Origin: Candidatus Gottesmanbacteria bacterium | GTDB lineage: Bacteria; Patescibacteriota; Microgenomatia; UBA10105; UBA927 | Direction: 5' to 3' | DNA: 64,000 nucleotides | Assembly (NCBI GenBank): GCA_023245335.1 | Contig: JAHFKK010000001.1 | Span: 156,152-220,151, forward strand | Program-made: the position numbers and the translations under genes | In this document: positions 10,586-18,552 of the stretch, piece after piece | Numbering within the stretch: position 1 is the first letter of the stretch | Layout of the letters: every line of letters begins with the position of its first letter | The notes under the pieces: model-generated | Database searches by the model: none | The model's input: only the letters and a program-made list of their open reading frames with translations | What the model was told of the DNA's origin: nothing

Positions 10586-12451
10586 CTACCTGATTTTCGC
10601 GCCCTTTGGCATGCCTTCAGCAGAAATAAACAGCGGTTTTAATTTATCCGCTGAATCCACAGCTAAAATCATCCCCTGACTCTCTTCATCCATCATTTTC
10701 CTTGGTGCCAGATTGGTAATGAAGAAAAACTGCTTGCCGACAAAATCTTCCGGCGTATACCCGAATCCCCGAACACCGGTAAATATAATACGCGATTTGT
10801 CTTCAGCAATATCCACCACTAATCGAATGAGCTTTTCGCTCCCCTCTTTATTTTTCGCCTCAAAAACCTTGCCGACACGGATCTCCATACGTGCGAACTC
10901 TTCTATGGAAAGGGTCGACCCGGCGGTAAGTTTGGCGTATCCAAAAAATGAATAGCTATTTGTAAGACCTATGGCCTCCCGCGCTCCAGTCATCGTCTCG
11001 ATAGCAATAGCCGTTGCACGCTCCTGTCCGCGTTTCAGGATATCCTTAACTATTGAGGGGTTGGCTTTCAGCTCGTCATACGCTTTTCTTGCAGGCGCGA
11101 AGTACATCACCAGGCATTCAAATAAGTACTTCTTGACGTCTACGTCGGCGACCGCTCCCTGTTTGTAGCTTTCTTTAAGTTCGGACACCTTACCGGGTTC
11201 ACCGAAAAAATCCAAGTATGTAAATACCATATTCCCCTCGATGTGTCCCGGGTCAGTTGCGTGCTTCCGTGCGGGGTCCGTAAAAGTGCCATGTACCTGC
11301 TTTTCTATGACTGCTTCGGGCTCAAACATACTAATAATGTTTCCGAGCGTCTTACTCATCTTTCGTTTGCCGTCAGTGCCTAATACCACAGCGACTTCTT
11401 CCGGGATGTAGGGCTCTGGCAATGTAAAAACTTTCTTCTTATAAATTTTGTTGAAGCGCTCTGCAATGTCGCGGGTAATCTCTATATGTTGTTTCTGATC
11501 CTTCCCTACCGGAACGAGATCTGCCTGATATAAAAGAATGTCCGCGGCCATAAGCATGGGATAACTGAACAACCCGACGTTAATGTCATCTTCCATGACA
11601 TCTTTCTGCAATTTATCCTTATAAGCATGCGCGCGCTTGAGAAGTCCCAACGGTGTCACGTTATTGAGGATAGACTGACACTCGGTATGCATCGGTACGT
11701 CAGACTGACGGAAAAAAACGATTTTTTCGAACTGCTCTTTTGTCAAAAATCCTTTCAGAAGTGCCAATTCGTTTAGTACTAACGCCTCGACGTTATGCTG
11801 CAGCTGTTTTTTATCTTGTATCGTCGTCAATGCATGCAGATCAGCGACCATGAGATACGTCTCGTTCGTTTTGGAAAGCTCAATAAATTGCCGCACGGCG
11901 CCAAGATAGTTACCTATATGTAGTGACCCGTCGCCGCTCGGGGTAATGCCCGAGAGGCAACGTTTTCCACTCGGTGCTTCTTGTGTGTGGTCAAAAAACG
12001 TAAAGTCCCCAACCTGTCCATGGTTTACAAAAACTAAATCCTTCGCCTCCATTGCCATACCCATCGTCTTTATTCCCCCAGTCCCGTACGCTTTGCCGAT
12101 GGACAAAACTTTTTCATCCACATAATAGGAAATGTCTAAACCGAGGTATGGTACAAGACCCACTTCTGTCCCCAATGAATGCAAATCTTCCTTGGATGCG
12201 AACACTAATTTTTTCACTCCGGCTACTTTTTTGAGTTTTTCTTGGTCAATCTGTGTATCAGCCCGCTTCGTTACCCCGATTATTCCTTTTTCCGTACGGT
12301 ACAAAATCGTTACCATGGCATTTTTCATTTTTATCCCATGAAACGCTGCGTGGGACGGGACATCCGGCGCCAATTCTTCCGGCAACGGAATGAATGTGTA
12401 TTCAACCTTTTTATCATCCAGAATATTTTTGATTTTGTCTTTAAGATTCAT
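10586..12451 (-). CDS. trpS: Tryptophanyl-tRNA synthetase with N-terminal YbaK/ProX-like deacylase domain and C-terminal Trbp111/EMAP-like tRNA-binding domain
   Basis: The class I core has HIGH-like SLHIGNYLG and KMSKT (RKMSKTLGN), with TrpRS-like GITPSG. The N-terminal ~150 aa resemble the YbaK editing fold. The C-terminal ~110 aa, EIRVGKVFEAKN...GMILA, form an OB-fold tRNA-binding domain. The start was placed at ATG 12451, which is preceded by GGAGA. The ORF-track start 12526 lacks an RBS. Confidence 0.8.
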   Translation of the reverse strand: MNLKDKIKNILDDKKVEYTFIPLPEELAPDVPSHAAFHGIKMKNAMVTILYRTEKGIIGVTKRADTQIDQEKLKKVAGVKKLVFASKEDLHSLGTEVGLVPYLGLDISYYVDEKVLSIGKAYGTGGIKTMGMAMEAKDLVFVNHGQVGDFTFFDHTQEAPSGKRCLSGITPSGDGSLHIGNYLGAVRQFIELSKTNETYLMVADLHALTTIQDKKQLQHNVEALVLNELALLKGFLTKEQFEKIVFFRQSDVPMHTECQSILNNVTPLGLLKRAHAYKDKLQKDVMEDDINVGLFSYPMLMAADILLYQADLVPVGKDQKQHIEITRDIAERFNKIYKKKVFTLPEPYIPEEVAVVLGTDGKRKMSKTLGNIISMFEPEAVIEKQVHGTFTDPARKHATDPGHIEGNMVFTYLDFFGEPGKVSELKESYKQGAVADVDVKKYLFECLVMYFAPARKAYDELKANPSIVKDILKRGQERATAIAIETMTGAREAIGLTNSYSFFGYAKLTAGSTLSIEEFARMEIRVGKVFEAKNKEGSEKLIRLVVDIAEDKSRIIFTGVRGFGYTPEDFVGKQFFFITNLAPRKMMDEESQGMILAVDSADKLKPLFISAEGMPKGAKIR

Positions 12452-12527
12452 ATTTTCTCCTTTGATATTACCATTACTTTCGTTTTGGCGCCCCACCGAT
12501 TTAGGGTAGGGCGCCTCGTACGACATT

Positions 12528-13838
12528 TTACCCTTTCATACGACCAGATAAAAATTCTTCATATGCACCCAGGTCCAATAGTCCGTGACCGGAAAGGTTG
12601 AAAAGAATCACTTTCTTTTTCCCTTCTTCTTTCGCACGCTTCGCTTCCACTATAACCTGCTGTATGGCATGCGCTGACTCCGGCGCAGGAATGATCCCCT
12701 CGGTTTGCGCAAATAACTGCGCTGCCTCAAAGACCTCGCGTTGTCCGTAGGCCACTGCTTCTATCAGTTTCTTGTAATACAAAAAGCTGATAAGCGGCGA
12801 GTCGCCATGATACCGCAGTCCCCCTGCGTGTATCGGCGACGGCACAAAGTCGCTGCCCACGGTATACATCTTGAGCATCGGCGTCATGCCAGCCGTATCG
12901 CCGGAATCATAGCGGTATTCGCCTTTGGTAAGAGACGGGCACGCATCCGGCTCCACGGCGACGACCCTAAGATTTGGCTTTTTCCCGGAGATCTTGTCTG
13001 CCAAAAACGCGAAACTCACTCCCGCGAGATTACTCCCTCCTCCGCAGCACCCGACGATGACATCCGGATACGCGCCTTCGCGTGCTAGCTGTTCTTTGGC
13101 CTCAAGACCAATGATCGACTGGTGCAGCATGACGTGATTGAGGACGCTACCAAGTGCATAGTGCGCACCGTCCGTCGTTGCCGCCACCTCTATGGCTTCC
13201 GATATGGCCATACCAAGACTGCCGGGAGTATGCGGATCTTTGGCAAGAAATGATCTTCCGGCTTGCGTTTCCCGTGATGGACTCGCAGAGACGTCAGCGC
13301 CATACAAATGCATCACCGTCTTTCTATACGGCTTTTGCTCGTACGAACTTTTGACCATAAATACTTTGCACTTGAGGTCAAAGAGTTTACACGCGAGCGC
13401 AAGCGCCGACCCCCACTGACCCGCTCCTGTTTCGGTCGTCAGCATACCCACGCCCTCCCGTTTGTTGTAATACGCCTGCGCAAGTGCGGTATTTAATTTA
13501 TGGCTCCCGACCGAGGAAACGCCCTCATACTTAAAGTAAATCTCTGCCGGCGTACCTAACGCTTCTTCCAAACGCTTCGCCCGCAAAAGCGGCGACGGCC
13601 GATACATGGCATACAACTCCCGCACTTCGTCAGGAATCGGAACAAACTCATCGAGCGTCACTTCCTGCTTGATGAGCTCCATCGGAAACAGCCGGGCTAA
13701 AGCCGCAGGACCTATCGGCTGCTTTGTCTTCGGATCCAATGGTGGAGCCGGTAATTCATGGACGTATTTATTGAGATAGTAGGAAAGATTGAGATACGTC
13801 GTCGGAATCTTCACTTTTTGCATAATATTTTGTTTCAT
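12528..13838 (-). CDS. trpB: Tryptophan synthase beta chain, TrpB2-type (stand-alone)
   Basis: 436 aa PLP enzyme of long TrpB2 length, with GSHKLN and GGGSN motifs. GGAG lies upstream of the ATG. No trpA is adjacent. Confidence 0.85.
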   Translation of the reverse strand: MKQNIMQKVKIPTTYLNLSYYLNKYVHELPAPPLDPKTKQPIGPAALARLFPMELIKQEVTLDEFVPIPDEVRELYAMYRPSPLLRAKRLEEALGTPAEIYFKYEGVSSVGSHKLNTALAQAYYNKREGVGMLTTETGAGQWGSALALACKLFDLKCKVFMVKSSYEQKPYRKTVMHLYGADVSASPSRETQAGRSFLAKDPHTPGSLGMAISEAIEVAATTDGAHYALGSVLNHVMLHQSIIGLEAKEQLAREGAYPDVIVGCCGGGSNLAGVSFAFLADKISGKKPNLRVVAVEPDACPSLTKGEYRYDSGDTAGMTPMLKMYTVGSDFVPSPIHAGGLRYHGDSPLISFLYYKKLIEAVAYGQREVFEAAQLFAQTEGIIPAPESAHAIQQVIVEAKRAKEEGKKKVILFNLSGHGLLDLGAYEEFLSGRMKG

Positions 13839-13932
13839 AATTGCTCCTTTTGAAAAATCATGTTTATATATGCGGATTTTCTTCGCCAGTATTCCCTTCT
13901 ACGACTTTGCCAGCAAATGTATGTATGCATAG

Positions 13933-14334
13933 TCATTTCAATAACTGTTCAAGCCGAACGGCTTTCATCATCGGACGGTCATGAATCACATGTCTCGTCG
14001 TCTTTGACGGAAACAGCTTGTTTTCCTTTGCCATTTCTATAACCGCCCGTTTAATCATCTTCATGAGCATTCCTTTTCGCCGCATATACACGCGCACGTT
14101 TGTATCGCTATACCGCACATAGGCTACCGGTACCCGTTTGGCCCCAAGATCACGAAGCGCCCGGACGCGGTGATGGCCGTCCAAAATCACTTCGGAATTT
14201 CTTTCGACAATCACCGGCCGACGAACAACACCATCTGTATGAATTGCAGAACGCACCGCACGTAATCGGGTACTACTCACCCGCTCATGCCCGATGAGTT
14301 TATCGATACGCACCAATATAATTTTCTGTTTCAT
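13933..14334 (-). CDS. ParB/Srx-fold (ParB N-terminal-like nuclease domain) protein
   Basis: 133 aa with an ILDGHHRVRALRDLG motif typical of ParB-like nuclease/sulfiredoxin fold. Confidence 0.45.
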   Translation of the reverse strand: MKQKIILVRIDKLIGHERVSSTRLRAVRSAIHTDGVVRRPVIVERNSEVILDGHHRVRALRDLGAKRVPVAYVRYSDTNVRVYMRRKGMLMKMIKRAVIEMAKENKLFPSKTTRHVIHDRPMMKAVRLEQLLK

Positions 14335-14337
14335 AGG

Positions 14338-14409
14338 CGGGCGAGGTAGGCTTCGATCCTACGACACGAGTTTTGGAGACTCGCGTTTTTCCAACTAAAC
14401 TACTCACCC
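14338..14409 (-). tRNA. tRNA-Trp (anticodon CCA)
   Basis: Hand-folded from the minus strand: GGGTGAG TA GTTT AGTTGGAA AAAC G CGAGT CTCCAAA ACTCG TGTC GTAGG ATCGAAG CCTAC CTCGCCC G. It has a 7-bp acceptor stem with one GU pair, GG in the D loop and anticodon CCA. T-loop position 54 is A, which is atypical. CCA is not encoded. Confidence 0.75.
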
Positions 14410-14411
14410 AT

Positions 14412-14460
14412 AAAAAAACCCTTGTAAATCCACGAGGAACATCTCGTAAACTTACAAGGG
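14412..14460 (-). terminator. Rho-independent terminator-like hairpin + U-run (minus strand)
   Basis: Inverted repeat CCCTTGTAA...TTACAAGGG at 14419-14460. On the minus strand it is followed by a 7-nt T-run (plus A-run at 14412-14418). Confidence 0.4.
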
Positions 14461-14494
14461 CCTTTGTGGCTATACCACCTTGCGCTGTTATCCT

Positions 14495-14518
14495 AAAAAA
14501 ATGCTTCCCGAAGGAAGC
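14495..14518 (-). terminator. Second terminator-like hairpin + U-run (minus strand)
   Basis: Perfect hairpin GCTTCC-CGAA-GGAAGC at 14503-14518 with an A-run at 14495-14501 on plus (U-run on minus). Confidence 0.4.
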
Positions 14519-14737
14519 ACGTCATTTGAGGATAACCTCATTCATGACGAGCTCCGACCAATCGACACTCGTTGACTGACTTTTGACGGTTTCGCCTCCG
14601 GACAAAACATCTCTTTTGAAGTAGCTTTGTCAGCGCCTGATCTTCCGATCAAATGAGAGAATCCCAATCAATCCCCTCTACGCTTTTATTCACTTGTGAG
14701 GATATAGTATAGCATACGAGTCAAATAATCCAGTATA

Positions 14738-15037
14738 ATGACGTCTATGGATATCGGAAAAATTTCATACTGGTCCCGGAGAATCCACCGCATCTCATTG
14801 TTTTTCGTCACTGGCCTAGGGCTCGTACAAGTCGTTACCGGCCTGACGCTCAAGTACCCGACCATGATGTCATTCATAAACTATGAATGGGCGTTTCAGG
14901 TGCATATCTTCACGAGCGTCTATTTTGCCGTATTTTTCGTCATTTCCATGATCACTGGCCTTATCATGTACTTCGCGCCATGGCTTCTTAAATACTTCAA
15001 TAAACCCGGAATCCCCCCCACGAAACTTCCGAACTGA
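14738..15037 (+). CDS. Small hypothetical membrane protein (2-3 TM)
   Basis: 99 aa, strongly hydrophobic. TATAAT at 14734-14739 lies just upstream. An alternative start at 14747 (MDIGK) is possible. Confidence 0.35.
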   Translation: MTSMDIGKISYWSRRIHRISLFFVTGLGLVQVVTGLTLKYPTMMSFINYEWAFQVHIFTSVYFAVFFVISMITGLIMYFAPWLLKYFNKPGIPPTKLPN

Positions 15038-15088
15038 CTTTGCGCGGGTTCTCCGTATACGCTATAATACAAAAGTACATTCACGTAC

Positions 15089-15158
15089 CGCGGGGTAGTG
15101 TAAAGTCGCACAGGAGGCTCATAATCTCCTAGGCCGGGTGCGATTCCCGGCCCCGCAA
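15089..15158 (+). tRNA. Initiator-like tRNA (anticodon CAU) with atypical D and T loops; possible tRNA-fMet or pseudo-tRNA
   Basis: Hand-folded: CGCGGGG TA GTGT AAAGTC GCAC A GGAGG CTCATAA TCTCC TAGG CCGGG TGCGATT CCCGG CCCCGCA A. The acceptor stem (CGCGGGG/CCCCGCA with a C1-A72 mismatch and A73) and the anticodon loop CUCAUAA are identical to E. coli tRNA-fMet. However, the D loop is only 6 nt and lacks G18G19, T-loop position 55 is G, and only 2 of the 3 G-C pairs of the initiator anticodon stem are present. Confidence 0.5.
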
Positions 15159-15170
15159 CACAGTACGGAT

Positions 15171-16136
15171 CTATTTGATAATTGAACCAAACTTCGTCAT
15201 AAAATCCTCTGTCAACCGCGTCATTCCTTTTGCGTTCAGATGGAATCCGTCAGCAAATGTATATTCCGCGCTGTAGGATGCAACCATCGGTGAATCTCCT
15301 GGGTCCGTCGGGTTGCGCTCATAATCACGTTCATCCAACTGATAATTCACTTCCAAAAGCTTCACATTGTACTGTCCTGCGTACCGTTTGATATGTTGAT
15401 ACAATATTCTTGATAACAGTTGTTTATCGCTCCCCTCCTGTCGGATGGCGTCTTGCAATCTGCGCCACACCAGTCGTAACCGCGGATTATCATATGTCGC
15501 AAAGCGCTCCGGTTTCCGAAGTTGTACTAGAGCGTTTTGATCGCCCACAGTAAATAATGGCTTAGTACCGCTCGTGGTGAAGCAAGGCAATAACGCTCGC
15601 CTATCCTCATTTGCATCCCGATAATCCTGATCTTCTATAAAATCCAAAATAACGAACGTCGGCCTATATTTCGGTATCACCTGTTGAAGACGTAAGTAGG
15701 CTTGATCCAACCCGTATCCTTGTACGGCAAGGTTGACTACCTCATATCTATCGCCAACCTTCTGTTGTAGTTTATAGCCGAACGTATCTCTGAAGTTTAA
15801 TCCGTCTCCGAAAAGTGTTGAGTCGCCTATAATTATAATGATCGGCTTCGTGAAATCAGTCGCGTCCTGTATGTCCTCCGCTCTGTATCCTTCACCGTTA
15901 AACGTATATGTCACGCCGTCAACTACCGTTGATTTTGAGGGCACATAACTCCATCCGGTTATCGGATCAAAGCGTCCGGTTTTTGATTCCGTGACGCCGT
16001 CAACGGTCTTACAACCGATATATGGATAATGGAGAAACCGCAGCGTCACTTCTGCTGAAAGAAGTCCAACGACTACTCCGACAATCAATAACGCGATGGG
16101 CTTCTTTGCCATATGGGATAATGGATGACGCATCAA
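15171..16136 (-). CDS. SGNH/GDSL-type hydrolase, membrane-anchored
   Basis: N-terminal TM and the block IIIIIGDSTLFG (GDS(L) catalytic serine). The stop overlaps the start of the upstream deacetylase gene by 4 nt. Confidence 0.55.
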   Translation of the reverse strand: MMRHPLSHMAKKPIALLIVGVVVGLLSAEVTLRFLHYPYIGCKTVDGVTESKTGRFDPITGWSYVPSKSTVVDGVTYTFNGEGYRAEDIQDATDFTKPIIIIIGDSTLFGDGLNFRDTFGYKLQQKVGDRYEVVNLAVQGYGLDQAYLRLQQVIPKYRPTFVILDFIEDQDYRDANEDRRALLPCFTTSGTKPLFTVGDQNALVQLRKPERFATYDNPRLRLVWRRLQDAIRQEGSDKQLLSRILYQHIKRYAGQYNVKLLEVNYQLDERDYERNPTDPGDSPMVASYSAEYTFADGFHLNAKGMTRLTEDFMTKFGSIIK

Positions 16137-17026
16137 TTTTTAATCGACTCAAGCCAAGAAATAAACGCGATTCCCACACGTCCGCCCGGACGCAACCGAA
16201 GAAGTTCAAATCTTGTGTCCTTCGTCTGTAGGTCCCCGGGTTTGGTTGTGACCGCAGTCCTGTATCCCGCCGCCGCAACAGCAGAAATAACGATTTGGTT
16301 ATAAAGCCCATACGGATATGCGAAATCCGTAACTGGTTTATCTATGAGCTGTTCCAACAAATTTTTGCTTTCGTTTATTTCCGTAGTGAGCAAGGCGGGC
16401 TGCGTGCCCCTCAAATTTACGTGGTGAACGGTGTGCGCCGCAATCTCAATAAGGTCGCTTGCGGCTACCTCCTTCACCTGGTCCTTTGTCATATAATTTG
16501 GTCGATTCAAAAACCCGGGAACGACATATGCCGTTGCCTTCACATGATATTTTTTCAAAATAGGGTATGCATCGGTATAGAAATCCCGGTAGCCGTCGTC
16601 AAATGTCAACACGATTGGTTTTTCAGGAAGCGAGCTCTTCCCGTCTAAATAATCCGCCAAATCACTCATAAATATTGGCGTGTATTTGTGTGTGAGAAGC
16701 GTTGCTATTTCTGCGTCGATGGTTGTGGGAAGGATGTCGAGACCGCGTCGTATCGTATCCCTTTTATCCTGAACGATCTCGACGTAGTGATACATGAGGA
16801 TGGGGACGCGGACCGGCGTGACTATTCGCGGTATCGGAGTAGGGATCGGAGTGGGACGGGGATGCAGTGTAATCAAAAATCGCGGGCTCCCTCCCCCTTG
16901 TGACACCTGCGCAAGTACAATAAATATGCCGACGACCACGCTGAAATATACGATGAAACCTACCACGGGTAATGAGTGTTTCTTCTTTTTTGCCATTGCC
17001 CTATTATAACGCATGAAACTGCCCAC
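16133..17026 (-). CDS. Polysaccharide deacetylase (NodB/CE4 domain), membrane-anchored
   Basis: The NodB motif 1 LTFDDGY plus histidine-containing motifs; N-terminal TM and a proline-rich linker. Confidence 0.8.
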   Translation of the reverse strand: MGSFMRYNRAMAKKKKHSLPVVGFIVYFSVVVGIFIVLAQVSQGGGSPRFLITLHPRPTPIPTPIPRIVTPVRVPILMYHYVEIVQDKRDTIRRGLDILPTTIDAEIATLLTHKYTPIFMSDLADYLDGKSSLPEKPIVLTFDDGYRDFYTDAYPILKKYHVKATAYVVPGFLNRPNYMTKDQVKEVAASDLIEIAAHTVHHVNLRGTQPALLTTEINESKNLLEQLIDKPVTDFAYPYGLYNQIVISAVAAAGYRTAVTTKPGDLQTKDTRFELLRLRPGGRVGIAFISWLESIKN

Positions 17027-17121
17027 TTCGTTGCCTTTTTCGGATAGTTTTCGTAAAATGAAGCCTACAGCTAGCGTGCTTCCGCCAAACGTGGATCATC
17101 GTATGGCTGATAATGATCTTT

Positions 17122-17193
17122 CGCCAGGGTAGCTCAGTGGTAGAGCAGCATCTTCATAAGGTGACGGTCGTGGGTCCGACCCCCACTCCTGGC
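17122..17193 (+). tRNA. tRNA-Met elongator-type (or tRNA-Ile2-lysidine) anticodon CAU
   Basis: Hand-folded: GCCAGGG TA GCTC AGTGGTA GAGC A GCATC TTCATAA GGTGA CGGTC GTGGG TCCGACC CCCAC TCCTGGC A. It has a G1-C72 pair and no initiator features. T-loop position 55 is C, which is atypical. Confidence 0.75.
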
Positions 17194-17220
17194 ACATATG
17201 GCAATAGACGTGTGTCAGAT

Positions 17221-17565
17221 TCAAAAAAATAGCTTCCACCATTTTTGCCAATTTGGTCCACCGCTTTCTTCTCCCCTCCTGATCACCTCACCGTTTTGTG
17301 TATCTGGTAAAAGAATAATTGATTCTCCGTCTCTCACGAGACCCAGCTTATCCCGTGCGATGCGCTCTACGTAATCACCGCCTTGAATCTCTTTGAGCCT
17401 CGCTTCAAGCGTTTGGTTTTCCGTCGTAATTTTGGTGAGATCTTTTTGTCTATTGGTTATAAGATCGCGCCTATGCCAGAGGTCAAAAATCGTCCGACCT
17501 GCACTCAGGCACAAACCGAAGCTAATAAGTATGACAATAAAACGAAAGAGTTTGTTTTCTCCCAT
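17221..17565 (-). CDS. Septum formation initiator family protein (FtsB/DivIC-like)
   Basis: 114 aa with an N-terminal TM followed by a coiled coil (LEARLKEIQ...), the typical FtsB/FtsL architecture. Confidence 0.5.
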   Translation of the reverse strand: MGENKLFRFIVILISFGLCLSAGRTIFDLWHRRDLITNRQKDLTKITTENQTLEARLKEIQGGDYVERIARDKLGLVRDGESIILLPDTQNGEVIRRGEESGGPNWQKWWKLFF

Positions 17566-17684
17566 AAGCGTGGGTTGCGTTTAGGTCTAGTATATGATAT
17601 TATAGGCTCCAAGAAAACAGGTCGCTAGCTTACCTCAATCTCCTGCTACATTGATATGTAGGTATTGCGTCCGGCATTTATACC

Positions 17685-18545
17685 ATGGCACTGGAACTTA
17701 AACTCGCACACAAGCAATTTATCGAATACCTGGGTTCACGCAGGCGTGCTCGTGCTACCATCGTAGCATACAGTAAAGACATCGAGCAGCTTATCCAGTT
17801 TTTGGGAAACACAGGCAAAAAAGACATCACAACGATCTCCCGCGAGGAACTCGAGGCGTTCCTAAAGAAACTTGCCGCCGATAGCTATACCCCAAAATCC
17901 ATCTCCCGGAAAATTAACTCTATGAAGACCTTTTACCGATTCCTGAAGGCGTCGGGAGCTGTTCCTGTCGACCCAGCTTCGGATATTGAACACCCGAAAT
18001 ATGATGTGAAGCCGCCGCGCATCTTATCCAAACTCGAATACCGGGCTCTTCGGGACGCGTGTCGCGGAGACGTACGAACCTATGCAATTGTCGAACTCTT
18101 TTTACAGACGGGTCTCCGTATCGGAGAACTCGCCAACCTTTCCGTCGAGGACGTCCGGGAAGCAGAACTTCATATCGTCGCCGAGGAAGGTCATGAAGAG
18201 CGCATGGTACCCCTTAATCACGCCGCGAAGGAGGCGCTTGCGAGCTGGATGATAAATCGCGGCAACGGAACCAAGTCAAAAGCGCTATTTATAACCAAGA
18301 CGGGCCGCTCACTCCTTATCCGAAATATCCGAACCGCCATTGACCGGTACTTTAAAATCGCCGGCATTGAGGATGCCAAGGTAAATGATTTGCGCCATAC
18401 GTTTATCGCCCACCACCTCATGGCCGGCACTCCGATTACAACTATTAGTAAACTTGTCGGTCACAAACGGTTGTCCACCACGGAAAAATACCTTGAATTC
18501 ATCAAGGATAAACCGGCCGAACACGTAAAATTAGAGGAACTGTAA
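17685..18545 (+). CDS. Tyrosine recombinase XerC/XerD-like
   Basis: 286 aa with an N-terminal core-binding domain and a C-terminal catalytic region carrying R...HTFIAHH...GHKRL...Y. Confidence 0.8.
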   Translation: MALELKLAHKQFIEYLGSRRRARATIVAYSKDIEQLIQFLGNTGKKDITTISREELEAFLKKLAADSYTPKSISRKINSMKTFYRFLKASGAVPVDPASDIEHPKYDVKPPRILSKLEYRALRDACRGDVRTYAIVELFLQTGLRIGELANLSVEDVREAELHIVAEEGHEERMVPLNHAAKEALASWMINRGNGTKSKALFITKTGRSLLIRNIRTAIDRYFKIAGIEDAKVNDLRHTFIAHHLMAGTPITTISKLVGHKRLSTTEKYLEFIKDKPAEHVKLEEL

Positions 18546-18552
18546 CTCCTTC

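Noticed and set aside
10351-10593. 80-aa plus-strand ORF between ftsH and trpS
   Set aside because: It lies in the ftsH promoter region with no RBS and no motif; its composition looks random. Probably not a gene.
12452-12527. GC-rich hairpin GGCGCCC-N15-GGGCGCC between trpB2 and trpS
   Set aside because: No U-run (so not a terminator) and no recognisable T-box or TRAP-site features. It may still be a minor regulatory stem, but nothing supports a call.
14503-14518. Hairpin GCUUCC-CGAA-GGAAGC reminiscent of the SRP RNA helix-8 CCGGAAGGAAGCAGC motif
   Set aside because: Only a ~13-nt resemblance. No flanking helix-5/Alu context could be built by eye, and a U-run on the minus strand makes a terminator the simpler reading. 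Retained only as a terminator feature.
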